Below, piece after piece: positions 32,580 through 42,319 of a stretch of DNA of 64,000 bases. The stretch lies in the NCBI GenBank assembly GCA_013202295.1, contig JABMRT010000101.1, positions 3,241 through 67,240 of the forward strand. Direction: 5' to 3'. A program made the position numbers and the translations under genes. The stretch's first letter is position 1. Each line of letters opens with the position of its first letter. Origin of the DNA: Candidatus Zhuqueibacterota bacterium (GTDB taxonomy: Bacteria; Zhuqueibacterota; QNDG01; JABMRT01). The notes below the pieces were generated by a model. It searched no databases, was not told the origin of the DNA, and saw nothing but the letters and a program-made list of their open reading frames with translations.

Positions 32580-33026
32580 TTATAACTCCTCCACTTCCCA
32601 ATTCTCATTCACCCACAATTTCACAACCTCAACATCCGGATATTTTGACTGCAACACATCAGCACCTTTGACAACCTGCTGCACCTGAATCTCCTTCGGT
32701 ACAGGATTCCCCGCGCAGTCATAATGCCCGGACAAGAAAATCAATTTTGATCCATGAACCTGGACGGAGATTGTAATGCGCTTGTCAATGGATTGCATCA
32801 CAAGTCCATCCACATTTTCAGCCATGATTTTGCAGGAACCCGGTTCGGTAATCACATCAACATATTGGACATGATACTTATCTTTGATATAATGGATTAA
32901 GGGACCTTGAATTCTTCCATCCATACAATGAATTGACGTGGCAAATTGCATACACATTCCTTCATGTCTTATGCGACACAATGGTGTCATCTCGATCCCG
33001 CTCTTGCGGGAGAGAGATCTCAACAC
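32580..33026 (-). CDS. Small hypothetical protein with beta-carbonic-anhydrase-like metal-site motifs
   Basis: CMDGR (CxDxR) and HYDCAG (HxxC) motifs; real start possibly internal Met (MQFATS, ~32951). Confidence 0.4.
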   Translation of the reverse strand: MLRSLSRKSGIEMTPLCRIRHEGMCMQFATSIHCMDGRIQGPLIHYIKDKYHVQYVDVITEPGSCKIMAENVDGLVMQSIDKRITISVQVHGSKLIFLSGHYDCAGNPVPKEIQVQQVVKGADVLQSKYPDVEVVKLWVNENWEVEEL

Positions 33027-33194
33027 CTGATGATAGGTAGATTTCTCGTCGCTCTACTCCTCGAAATGACAGACATTGCAATTCATGACCAAACGTCCAT
33101 CCCGCTTGGGCGGGATGATGTGCCGCAGGCACAAAGGACCCGATTTGTCGGGGCCAACCAGTTTAGGATTGACTCCGCCGAAGGCGGAGGATAA

Positions 33195-34070
33195 TCAATT
33201 GTCCCTGCGAAATCGACGATGATGCACATCCCCGATGATGTAAAGGAGTATTGCAATCCAGATAAAACTAAAACCGGTCAATTTGCCCTGATCCATGGAC
33301 TCATGATATATTAAGTATCCGATTAAAAAAATCATGGTTGGATAAATATACTGCAAAATCCCAATCAGCGACAAATTGATGAGTCGTGAACCCGCAATGA
33401 AAACCAGCAACGGCAATCCGCTGATAATACCAGTTCCCATTAAAAGAAGGCTGGTCGGGACAGCGCGTAAGTAAGTATGAGATCCTGACTGAAACAGGAA
33501 GATCAAATACACGAGTGCGGGAATGGACATCACCGAAGTTTCAAGCATAAGTCCTTCAACAGGCCCGAGCGGGGACCGCTTGCGAAGCAATCCGTATGTG
33601 CCCCAGGTCACAGCCAGATAAAGTGAAATCCAGGGAAACTGCCCATAGCCAAACGTCATCACAAGAACACCCGATGCTGCAACCACGACTGCGATCCATT
33701 GAATGCGTCTCAATTTTTCGTGCAGGAAAATCACGCCCAGAAGCACGCTGATCAAGGGACATATAAAATACCCCAGACTCGTCTCAATGATATATCCCGT
33801 AGTCACAGCCCAAATATAGATTGCCCAGTTTGATCCAATCAAAAAAGCAGGGACAAACAGAATCCATTTATTTTGACTGGTTTTGACTTTATTAAATAAA
33901 GACATCCAGCTTTTTCGAAATGAGATGATGATTACGAAGAAAATGAAGGACCAGAAAATCCGATGCGAAACGATCTCGACCGAATCCACATGCTTCAGCA
34001 ATTTCCAGTAAATGGGGTGAATCCCCCAGAAAATATACGCGCTGAGCGCCAGAACCACGCCACGATTCAT
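33195..34070 (-). CDS. rarD: EamA/DMT-family transporter, RarD-like
   Basis: MNRGVVLALSAYIFWGIHPIYWKLL...SHRIFWSF N-terminus typical of RarD; 10 TM helices. Confidence 0.65.
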   Translation of the reverse strand: MNRGVVLALSAYIFWGIHPIYWKLLKHVDSVEIVSHRIFWSFIFFVIIISFRKSWMSLFNKVKTSQNKWILFVPAFLIGSNWAIYIWAVTTGYIIETSLGYFICPLISVLLGVIFLHEKLRRIQWIAVVVAASGVLVMTFGYGQFPWISLYLAVTWGTYGLLRKRSPLGPVEGLMLETSVMSIPALVYLIFLFQSGSHTYLRAVPTSLLLMGTGIISGLPLLVFIAGSRLINLSLIGILQYIYPTMIFLIGYLIYHESMDQGKLTGFSFIWIAILLYIIGDVHHRRFRRDN

Positions 34071-35161
34071 TCAGACTCCTCATTCATATCCACAGGTTTG
34101 GCCAGCTCTTCTTTCACCACATTGCCGAAATAGGTTGGCGCATAGGTCCAATCCTGCAGCATCTGCGGCCCCGCGCTGGGGTGAAAACACCACGCCGCCC
34201 AAGAGAACTTGTGCTCGCGTATATACTCCGTGATTTGACCGAAATAGACCGAGTCCTCTTCAGCACCACCCCATTCTCCGACAATGAGAGGATACTCCTC
34301 CCCTACGTCACCAAACCGGTAATCCCAGTTCGCGTCCTTCCAGGGATAAGGATGCGTGTCATATGCGATATTCTCACCTTCGAGCGCGTATCCAGTAAGA
34401 ATACCACTTAAATCAAATCCCCAGTCCAGTCCGCCAGCCACAATGATATTATCCGCGCCCAGCGCCCGGATCTCATTGACAAACTCCTGATGCCCGACCG
34501 CGTTATAGGTCAGGTTGGTATCCTCACCATTACGATTGTAATATTCATCGACTTCGCCACCGTTGCGCCACATATCCCAGCCGATATTATAAGGCTCATT
34601 GTAAATGCCGAACATCACTGCCGGATGGTTCTTATAAATCGCAGCAACCTCTTTCCAGAACAGAAGAGAATGTCGATCAGGCATGATATGCTGGCCGATA
34701 TACTTGCCCCATTGCCCACCATTGTTCCAGTGCAAATCAAGCCAAATATAAGCGTGCTGTCTCTCACCGATCTCGACAATGGATTCAACCAGACTGCGGT
34801 AAGTCGCGCCGTTATCGGTTTGCTCAGAAGTGAATCCGTACCAGCGATCCTGGGCCAGCGGGATTCGAAGCAGATTCGATCCCCAGCCAATGGCCCGATT
34901 CACTGACTCGAGCATATGATCGCCGCTTGCGTCCCACTCCATGCCGGGGATATTCACACCCCGAAGGAGTACCCGTTCATTCTGCGCATTCAGAAACCAG
35001 CGCCCATCCGTGTGCAGTGCTGAAAGAGGAGCAGGCGGCGCTGGCTGTGTTGAAGCGTTCTTTTTGCATCCGCTTTGAAGGATAAAAACTGCTGTGACGA
35101 CAGCCAAAATTAATTTCAATGGACGAAACATAATATACCTTTCGTATTGGGATTTTTCCAT
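34067..35161 (-). CDS. Glycoside hydrolase family 5 (endoglucanase/mannanase-like) lipoprotein
   Basis: AVMFGIYNEP (acid/base) and IVGEWGG (nucleophile); lipobox LQSGC. Confidence 0.8.
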   Translation of the reverse strand: MEKSQYERYIMFRPLKLILAVVTAVFILQSGCKKNASTQPAPPAPLSALHTDGRWFLNAQNERVLLRGVNIPGMEWDASGDHMLESVNRAIGWGSNLLRIPLAQDRWYGFTSEQTDNGATYRSLVESIVEIGERQHAYIWLDLHWNNGGQWGKYIGQHIMPDRHSLLFWKEVAAIYKNHPAVMFGIYNEPYNIGWDMWRNGGEVDEYYNRNGEDTNLTYNAVGHQEFVNEIRALGADNIIVAGGLDWGFDLSGILTGYALEGENIAYDTHPYPWKDANWDYRFGDVGEEYPLIVGEWGGAEEDSVYFGQITEYIREHKFSWAAWCFHPSAGPQMLQDWTYAPTYFGNVVKEELAKPVDMNEESE

Positions 35162-35929
35162 CTATGCCAATGGACCGTACAGTTTCACTGTATTCTCATA
35201 AGCCGCTCTGCCGACTATATTGAAATCCACACCTTTCAAATCCGCCATAGCTTCTAAAGCGAGAAGGATGTTCGCAGGCTCATTTCGCTCATCGGGTTCC
35301 GGTGACAAAACCGGACTGTCGGTTTCCAACATCAGGCAGGATAAAGGCATCTGTTTGACCAGCTTCTTTTTCTGATTGGACCGGACAATGGACGGCGGAA
35401 TGGAAAAATAATACCCGGCCTCAATCGCCACCTTCGCTGTGGATGCCTTGCCATCAAAGGCGTGAAGATGCACCCGTTTCGCGCCTTTATCTACGAGAAG
35501 CTGGATCACATGACGACCCGCCGAACGGGAGTGGATATTCAGCGGTAAATCCAACTCCAGGGATAGCGAGATAAACTGCTCAAATATTTTTCGCTGGACG
35601 ATTCGATCCTGCTCCTCCTTGACTTTCCAGAAATCAAGGCCCACTTCACCGATCCCGATCAATTCATCCCGATGCGACCGGATAAACTGAATCATGCGAT
35701 CCGCTTCATCCATATCAAGATAAGTTGGATAGAGCCCGGCGAGTGATTTCAACATTGCATTTGCACGGGACAATTCCAGATTCTGCATGGCCTCTTCGAG
35801 TGTTTCACTGACAAGAAAAACATGGGACACACCCGCCTGTCTTGCGCGATCCAGCACTTCCTGTCGGTCTTGATCAAATACAGGATCAGCCAGATGCGTG
35901 TGTGTGTCTATGATTGGAATGGATGCCAA
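35162..35929 (-). CDS. TatD-family metal-dependent hydrolase
   Basis: IIDTHTHL, VSHVFLVS, GEVGLD motifs. Confidence 0.8.
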   Translation of the reverse strand: MASIPIIDTHTHLADPVFDQDRQEVLDRARQAGVSHVFLVSETLEEAMQNLELSRANAMLKSLAGLYPTYLDMDEADRMIQFIRSHRDELIGIGEVGLDFWKVKEEQDRIVQRKIFEQFISLSLELDLPLNIHSRSAGRHVIQLLVDKGAKRVHLHAFDGKASTAKVAIEAGYYFSIPPSIVRSNQKKKLVKQMPLSCLMLETDSPVLSPEPDERNEPANILLALEAMADLKGVDFNIVGRAAYENTVKLYGPLA

Positions 35930-35944
35930 ATTGTAATCTTTCGC

Positions 35945-36832
35945 TTACTGCTTGGTTTGCAGCGGATCAGCCGCTTCCTTATAAAACTGTTGTTGCAATT
36001 CCAAAATTCTGTCATCTTTCTTGAGCTTTCGGATCAATTCTGCCAGTTGATCGGCATCCGAATCCAGAATCAAGTCACCCATCTCTTTGCTCGCCTCACT
36101 GCCGTCACCAGCATAATGATTCGGATAACTCGCATACCAACAGATGCCGGTATAGAAATTCGGGATGCCGTCAAGGCGGTTCAAATCTTCACCTGACTGA
36201 TCATTTGCCACATCCGTATGCACCAGATCGGGCCGATGCGAAAACATCATGGATGTCTCTTCCTCATCGGCGTGCCCGCCGCCTACGGTCTTGCGAAGTT
36301 TTTGTATCTTTTCAGTGATTTTTGGATCTTCCCATGAACGGAACCAGACTACCGCATAATCTTTCTCTTCAGCAAGCTGTGCCTGACAGAAATAGGGCAA
36401 CAGGTTGTTGTTTCCGCCGTGCCCATTTACGAGGATGATTTTGGTAAATCCGTTTCGTCCCAGCTCATCACAGGTCTCCTGAAGTACCTCCCAGACCAGA
36501 TCGGGGCTATAAGCAATTGTGCCTGGCTGATGCCTGGCCTCAAAAATCTGCCCGAAATAAAATTGCGGGAAAACCACGGCGTATTCCTGTTTCGTGGCTC
36601 GAAAACAAATCTCCCGCACATCAATCATGTCTGTACCCAAGGGAAGATGAGGGCCATGTTTCTCCAATATCCCAAGGGGAAGAATTACTATCTTTCCAGA
36701 TTTTTCAACAGCTTCAATAAATTGAGGCACGGTCAGCTCTTCATACTTCACAGGTATTTCTCCGGCAAGACACAGGGTCACACACCCTAAAAGTAATCCG
36801 AAGAGAATGTGTACGATCATTGATTTTTTCAT
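35945..36832 (-). CDS. Creatininase-family amidohydrolase, secreted
   Basis: LPLGILEKHGPHLPLGTD, IILVNGHGGN motifs. Confidence 0.75.
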   Translation of the reverse strand: MKKSMIVHILFGLLLGCVTLCLAGEIPVKYEELTVPQFIEAVEKSGKIVILPLGILEKHGPHLPLGTDMIDVREICFRATKQEYAVVFPQFYFGQIFEARHQPGTIAYSPDLVWEVLQETCDELGRNGFTKIILVNGHGGNNNLLPYFCQAQLAEEKDYAVVWFRSWEDPKITEKIQKLRKTVGGGHADEEETSMMFSHRPDLVHTDVANDQSGEDLNRLDGIPNFYTGICWYASYPNHYAGDGSEASKEMGDLILDSDADQLAELIRKLKKDDRILELQQQFYKEAADPLQTKQ

Positions 36833-36986
36833 GGTTCACCTCTCTTTTATTGTAAAATGGGGGAAGTAATCAAACATACAGAATAGACTGAATGATTACA
36901 AATAAAAAAAAGCGGGATGACGAAAATCCCGCTTCATACGATGACCAAAGGATTTTAAAACAATTGGAGTACATCTCGAATTTAAA

Positions 36987-37505
36987 CTAAGTCAGTTTTT
37001 CCCCGCAATAGGGACAGACCTGCCAGCCGGGTTCCATTGGTTTTTTACAGGATGAGCAGGATGCCTGTAACTTTGTACCACAATGTGGACAGAACGTATG
37101 GCCGGATTCGACCTGCTTCTGACAACTCGGGCACGGCTGACTGGATTTATGAATCTGCGCGATATTAACTTGGTCATTTCTCACCAGAAGATACACGACC
37201 AGAGCAATAATATGCCCGAAAAATATCAAAAGCGCCCAGAGCAAACCGTTCATTCCCCGGCGCTCTGCGTCGCGAAACACCCAAAAAATCATGACAAACC
37301 AAAAAGCAAACATAATCATCGCTGGAAAAAACGTGAAAACACGCGGTCCCCAATGAGACATTGATTCTCCGAATACGGGACCAATGCCCTCGCAGCCCTT
37401 CATGAGAAACGGCATCGGCATCCCTGAACGAGAAAAAATTGCAATGAACATCATAATCATGATGACTAGAATGAATACGAATCCAACGGTTTTTCCTGAA
37501 GACAT
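36987..37505 (-). CDS. Membrane protein with C-terminal double zinc ribbon
   Basis: 4 TM helices then CPSCQKQ...CPHCGTKL...CSSCKKP...CPYCGEKL. Confidence 0.55.
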   Translation of the reverse strand: MSSGKTVGFVFILVIMIMMFIAIFSRSGMPMPFLMKGCEGIGPVFGESMSHWGPRVFTFFPAMIMFAFWFVMIFWVFRDAERRGMNGLLWALLIFFGHIIALVVYLLVRNDQVNIAQIHKSSQPCPSCQKQVESGHTFCPHCGTKLQASCSSCKKPMEPGWQVCPYCGEKLT

Positions 37506-37524
37506 GACTTGCCTCCCTATTGAT

Positions 37525-38019
37525 TTATATACAAAACGAATTTATCAGTATTGATAAATTTTCCTGTTTCTGATTTTGTGTAACATTGGAAAATTGCAAT
37601 TTGGCCAATAGAAGCGGAGAAAACAACAACATCAGAATATTTTGAACAGTAAAGATCAAGGCCACTGTTTTTTGAACATTCCATCCCGCGTCGGCCTGAT
37701 AGAATGTAAAACCGATCAAGAACATTGTCGCAAACATCCAACCGAGGATGCTCGCCAGTATCCATTTGGGTGTCTCTGTTGTTCTTGCGGATTCGTCTAT
37801 TCGGATGAGGCTCTGGCATTGATCGGCTGTATGTTGTACCAGCGCTTCAGAAGGTTCTGGAGATTCCGCTTGATCCAGATTTTGTCGAAGCATTATTAAA
37901 TTCTTTTGAAACGTCTGACAAGCTGTGCAGGTTGTCAAATGCGCTTCGAATCCAGGGTGCTCAGCTTCTATCTCATGTCGCATAAGAAGCCATCTTTGTA
38001 CTGTTTCACATCTCATCAT
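37525..38019 (-). CDS. Anti-sigma factor (zinc-finger HxxxCxxC) with TM helix
   Basis: AHLTTCTACQ; 4-bp overlap with upstream ECF sigma gene. Confidence 0.6.
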   Translation of the reverse strand: MMRCETVQRWLLMRHEIEAEHPGFEAHLTTCTACQTFQKNLIMLRQNLDQAESPEPSEALVQHTADQCQSLIRIDESARTTETPKWILASILGWMFATMFLIGFTFYQADAGWNVQKTVALIFTVQNILMLLFSPLLLAKLQFSNVTQNQKQENLSILINSFCI

Positions 38020-38573
38020 ACTTCCTTCTGATATTCTTTCAAGTCAGTCTGTAACCGCTTCACAGCCCGAAAGAGGAGGGATTTTACGGTCCCTGTCGGA
38101 ATGTGAAGAATTTCTGCAATTTCATGATGTTTGTATCCTTCAATCTCTTTAAGGATAAATACCTGTTTCTGTTTTACCGGCAATTTGGAAATCGCACATT
38201 GGAGGGATTCTTTCAACTCGAACTGAATCGGATCTTCAATGTGAACGGGGATCACTTGGCTTGTTGCATTCTCCTGATTTGAATCGGAGCCAAAGGATTG
38301 AAAAGTCAGGATACGCCGGATTCGTTTTTTTCGGAGCTGATCTTTAAACAGGTTTGCAGTCACAGTCAGAATCCATGCCTGTGGATTTGTTGCTTCACGG
38401 ATTTTTAATATATTTTGAGCCACTTTAAGCCATGTCTCCTGAAACAGTTCGTCTGTTGCATCTCGGTTTTGAGTGAGATAATAGGCAAAACGATAAACCG
38501 GCCTTTGATGTTCGGAAAACAGACTGTTAAAAAACTCAGAATCTGTTTGCCGATGGGTACCGGTATTTGCCAT
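38016..38573 (-). CDS. ECF RNA polymerase sigma factor
   Basis: QRPVYRFAYYLTQNRDATDELFQETWLKV (region 2), LPVKQKQVFILKEIEGYKHHEIAEILHIPTGTVKSLLFRAVKRLQ (region 4). Confidence 0.85.
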   Translation of the reverse strand: MANTGTHRQTDSEFFNSLFSEHQRPVYRFAYYLTQNRDATDELFQETWLKVAQNILKIREATNPQAWILTVTANLFKDQLRKKRIRRILTFQSFGSDSNQENATSQVIPVHIEDPIQFELKESLQCAISKLPVKQKQVFILKEIEGYKHHEIAEILHIPTGTVKSLLFRAVKRLQTDLKEYQKEV

Positions 38574-38744
38574 TCAGTTCTCCCTCAAAGTCTGCTTTCA
38601 TGGAAGTAGACGCACAAGATGCAAAATAGTTCGGGCCCTATTATGACTAAATTCAATTAAACTGTTGGATAGAGAAAAATAAAGCCCCGACCTTTATAAA
38701 GCAAGATCGGGGCAATAATTTTAAAAGGATGAATCGATCCGGAT

Positions 38745-39416
38745 TTAATCTGCCTTTTTCATCACAGGCATACAGATCTCAACCTTGCCGCTCCACACAC
38801 CATTTTCATCCTCTGAGGGCATACTCATAAATTTCTCCATACCGGGTCCGGCTGGGACCAATCCCTTTTTCGTGATGCATTCGATGATCTTTGCGTATTG
38901 ACCCTTATAATTTTCATCAAACGGACCTTCATACACCAGGGTCGCAATCTCGGTCGCCTTCCATGTTTTGCCTTTCAACGGTTCCTTGACCTGGGATGCA
39001 TCCGGAACAGGCAAAGCGATTTCCCATTTCAGATCTGCCTCGGCTACCATCTCCGGACTGTTATAATAAATACCCATCGGCTGTCCATCCATTGCGATAC
39101 CCTGAATGCCAGCTTCCTGATAGAGCTGTCCAAACGCTGCGCCACTCTGCTCATAACTACCCGTCATTTCAACAGCTGCGTAATCAAACACTTCAATAGT
39201 CTTTACCTGAACAGGACATTTTTTCTCACAACATTCCTTGGCTTCACCCTCTGCTTTTTTGCAGCAAGCTATTGTGTCACCTTCAGCTTTTTCACAGCAC
39301 TCGGCTTTCTCAACCACAGTCTTGCTATCAGCGGATTTTTCTTCAACCGCATCCTGAGCGACAGCCACATTCACAATCAGTAGAATCATTACAAATAAAC
39401 TTATCCACTTCTTCAT
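38745..39416 (-). CDS. Secreted GyrI-like/effector-binding domain protein with N-terminal Cys-Cys repeat segment
   Basis: Signal peptide; CCEKAEG/ACCKKAEG/ECCEKKC repeats; C-terminal GyrI-like (AraC effector-binding) fold signature. Confidence 0.5.
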   Translation of the reverse strand: MKKWISLFVMILLIVNVAVAQDAVEEKSADSKTVVEKAECCEKAEGDTIACCKKAEGEAKECCEKKCPVQVKTIEVFDYAAVEMTGSYEQSGAAFGQLYQEAGIQGIAMDGQPMGIYYNSPEMVAEADLKWEIALPVPDASQVKEPLKGKTWKATEIATLVYEGPFDENYKGQYAKIIECITKKGLVPAGPGMEKFMSMPSEDENGVWSGKVEICMPVMKKAD

Positions 39417-39451
39417 GCTTTCCCGAAAATTAGTTTGGGATTACGATTGGA

Positions 39452-40813
39452 TTATTTCAGATAAATACATTTACGTCGTTCCAATCCGGATGTTGCTTTC
39501 AATTCATAATAATATATGCTGGACGGCAAATCCGACGCGTCAAAAATAACGCTGTGTTGCCCGGCGTCAAGAATTTCATGTATTAATACTTGGACTCTTC
39601 TTCCGAGTGTATTGTATACAGATAAATGAATCTCTTCACTTCTTTCAAGAGAGAAAGAAATTTCGGTTTTAGCATTAAACGGATTCGGATAATTCTGATT
39701 CAGTATGAATTGCGAGACGATTTCAGAACGGCTATCCACATCAGTAAACTCGGGAGAGCGGAATGTGAAGGGAGCATTACACGTTGTGATGTCAATTCCG
39801 TCTGTCGCTTCGACGATCCAGGTATAAATCGTGTCGGATTGCAAATACCCAGTTCCGTCATAGAGAAGAGACAGATCTGTCAATCCGGTAAAGGTGGTAT
39901 CCACACCCGGACCTGTGAGAGTCAACAGATATTCAATCGGATCCGTATTGGCATCCAAAGACTCGGTCCATTCGAATTCAATCTCGAACTCATTAATGGC
40001 GCGATTATCCCGCGGCCTTCGCAGCCTGAAAGGAATAGGAGCGTAATTTACAGGCTCTGCTCCATCAATGGCATCCGCACTATAGTAAAGGCTCGTCAGG
40101 CCTTGGCCATCCCGCCAGATCTCGAATCCTGCTTCCATATTATCAAAGAACCAATTGGTCTGCAAATAACCCCTCGTACACGCATCGTGGATGAAATCCT
40201 TCAGATCGAGCGTGACGCTATCGATAGGAGTTACTGCTTGATACGCGATATAATTCCAGATGTCCCATACCACATAGCGCAGATTCCAGTCAATACCACC
40301 GATATTCACGACTTCAATCAAGGAACCTGCCGGACTGGCGCCTCCATGATAATCGAGCCAGATCATCAGTTCACCCCCGCCGTTGGGAGATGTGGCGCCA
40401 GTTGGACTGAAAAATGCTTCGAAAGCCGCATTCCATACGCCGTTAACTCCCTCTGTATTGATTTCCCAGGTAAAGGGTGCACTTTCCAATTCCCAGATCT
40501 GCATGGGAAAGGGATTGTTCACAGTCGTACATCCGCCCCAATGGCAGCCCTTATAGATAAAAGGATATGATGCGACCTCGTTGTCATCATGCGTGGAATG
40601 GGTGACCTTGAAATAGGTCGAATCCGGATACACATCAATGCATTGTTCACCCACACCCGGGCCGCCCCCCCACACATTATTGCTAATTCCGTACTCACCG
40701 CCCAGTACTTCCACCCCTTCGCCGCCGCAATTCTCATCTGTTAATCCATTCTGTGATGTAAACACGAGAACAAGAATGCATAGAACAAATCCTGATATGA
40801 TTCCTTTTTTCAT
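39452..40813 (-). CDS. Glycoside hydrolase family 12 endo-beta-1,4-glucanase/xyloglucanase with Fn3-like spacer and T9SS sorting domain
   Basis: GGELMIWLDYHGG (GH12 E-x-MIW nucleophile motif), NNVWGGG; C-term NYPNPFNAKTEISFSLERSEEIHLSVYNTLGRRV; likely start MKKGIISGFVLCIL. Confidence 0.75.
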   Translation of the reverse strand: MKKGIISGFVLCILVLVFTSQNGLTDENCGGEGVEVLGGEYGISNNVWGGGPGVGEQCIDVYPDSTYFKVTHSTHDDNEVASYPFIYKGCHWGGCTTVNNPFPMQIWELESAPFTWEINTEGVNGVWNAAFEAFFSPTGATSPNGGGELMIWLDYHGGASPAGSLIEVVNIGGIDWNLRYVVWDIWNYIAYQAVTPIDSVTLDLKDFIHDACTRGYLQTNWFFDNMEAGFEIWRDGQGLTSLYYSADAIDGAEPVNYAPIPFRLRRPRDNRAINEFEIEFEWTESLDANTDPIEYLLTLTGPGVDTTFTGLTDLSLLYDGTGYLQSDTIYTWIVEATDGIDITTCNAPFTFRSPEFTDVDSRSEIVSQFILNQNYPNPFNAKTEISFSLERSEEIHLSVYNTLGRRVQVLIHEILDAGQHSVIFDASDLPSSIYYYELKATSGLERRKCIYLK

Positions 40814-40853
40814 GATGCAGACTCCTTTAATGTCATTCTGAAAATTTAAGGAA

Positions 40854-42017
40854 TTATGTGCCACGCGTCAAGGTGACTTTCTGTATAAATAATTCGCCGC
40901 CGATTTCAGCCCTTACAAAATACACACCCTGCGGCAGGAAGGCCAACGGAATGCGCTGACGAATGAACGCTGCACTTTTAAAATCATTGATGGATGCCAC
41001 TTCACGGCCAAGGATGTTATACACCGTGACCTTTAGATCTCCGGTTTGTGGACTGTTGAGCGAAAAATTCAACAATCCAGATGAAGGATTGGGAAAACAA
41101 TTGAATCCCGTTTTGCGAATTTTGGGAGATTCCTTGACCGCGGATGAAGCTTTCACCAGCCTGGCCGCGCCAAAATCATCGGCATCGATCCAATGATCAT
41201 TGTATTTTGCTTCCGGCACCCAGACCGAGCCTAAAAAGTTATCCCGGGTTTTGGGATTTTCATTGATACCGTCATTCTCACAGATCGCGATGGAAAGACC
41301 CATCAATTTCCCTTCCGCAAGCTCGACACGGGATGTTTCGGGCGGATTTTCATTATAGGTATCATCATAGACCGAGAGGGAGAATTCACGTGTATAAATA
41401 TTTCCCTCATTCCTAAACGCGAATTCGGGTAAGTGATCAGCATAATTGGGATCCTGCCGATCTCCCCATCCTGAACCCGCAATGTCGCCAACATAGCACT
41501 CAGTGGTCACCCCACCACCGGTCGGGATGTCTGCGTAAATGTGATATGCAAAGGCATTCTCGGCATTATAGCCGTACTGCTCGCCTGTGCTGCCCGTGCC
41601 ATCAAAAGTATGTTTGCCGCCCGAATCGTTCTCATCGATAAAAACTTCGACCATATCGAAATGATAAATATCTGCGGTCTGCCCGGGAATGTATCCATCC
41701 ACACCAATATCATCGGTCACTTCAATCAGGAAGTAAAGCAGATTCTCAGTGGAGGACCAGATCACTTTATACCGACCCGAGCAATCTGATGGATCCAGGG
41801 TTCCTCCATAAGGAATCCAGACCTGATCAATGGTTTGCCAGGGCACATCGGCCCAGCCAGGATCACTTCCAATGCCGTCAATTACAGGTGGAATCTCCAC
41901 ATCCGGCACAGAAACCGTATCATCCTGAACCGTGACTCCGCCAAACACAACAGTCGCGGTTATGAATAATAGAACGATTAATATGAGATTGGAAAATTTT
42001 GTTGAGAATCGCATCAT
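40854..42017 (-). CDS. CBM9-like (DOMON/sugar-binding) domain protein with T9SS sorting domain
   Basis: VIDGIGSDPGWADVPWQTIDQVW; C-term FNCFPNPSSGLLNFSLNSPQTGDLKVTVYNILGREV; likely start MMRFSTKFSNLILIVLL at 42017. Confidence 0.65.
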   Translation of the reverse strand: MMRFSTKFSNLILIVLLFITATVVFGGVTVQDDTVSVPDVEIPPVIDGIGSDPGWADVPWQTIDQVWIPYGGTLDPSDCSGRYKVIWSSTENLLYFLIEVTDDIGVDGYIPGQTADIYHFDMVEVFIDENDSGGKHTFDGTGSTGEQYGYNAENAFAYHIYADIPTGGGVTTECYVGDIAGSGWGDRQDPNYADHLPEFAFRNEGNIYTREFSLSVYDDTYNENPPETSRVELAEGKLMGLSIAICENDGINENPKTRDNFLGSVWVPEAKYNDHWIDADDFGAARLVKASSAVKESPKIRKTGFNCFPNPSSGLLNFSLNSPQTGDLKVTVYNILGREVASINDFKSAAFIRQRIPLAFLPQGVYFVRAEIGGELFIQKVTLTRGT

Positions 42018-42319
42018 GATGAACTCCTGGTTTGCCTTATTAATTCTGGAATTACAATTTACACAAACTGGATGGCAAAGGCCAGAAATATCAATTGCTC
42101 TTGACAAGAATTTACATTTTACATGTAGTGTAAGTAAAGATTCTTTAAAATGGGCAATCATATTAAATAATCTGCAGAAAATAAGGAAAAAATCATAGTC
42201 GGAAGTTACGGTATAAATGAATTCAAACTTCCAAGATAAAACATTATACAAAATTATTATTTTTCTAAGACTGAAGATGGAATAGCGATTTTAATAATGA
42301 TCAGCAATTAAAGAAATAT

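Noticed and set aside
39626-40570. 314-aa plus-strand ORF antisense to the GH12 gene
   Set aside because: Fully embedded antisense to a gene with strong motif support (ELMIW, T9SS CTD). Arg/Ile-rich low-complexity translation, no recognisable domain.
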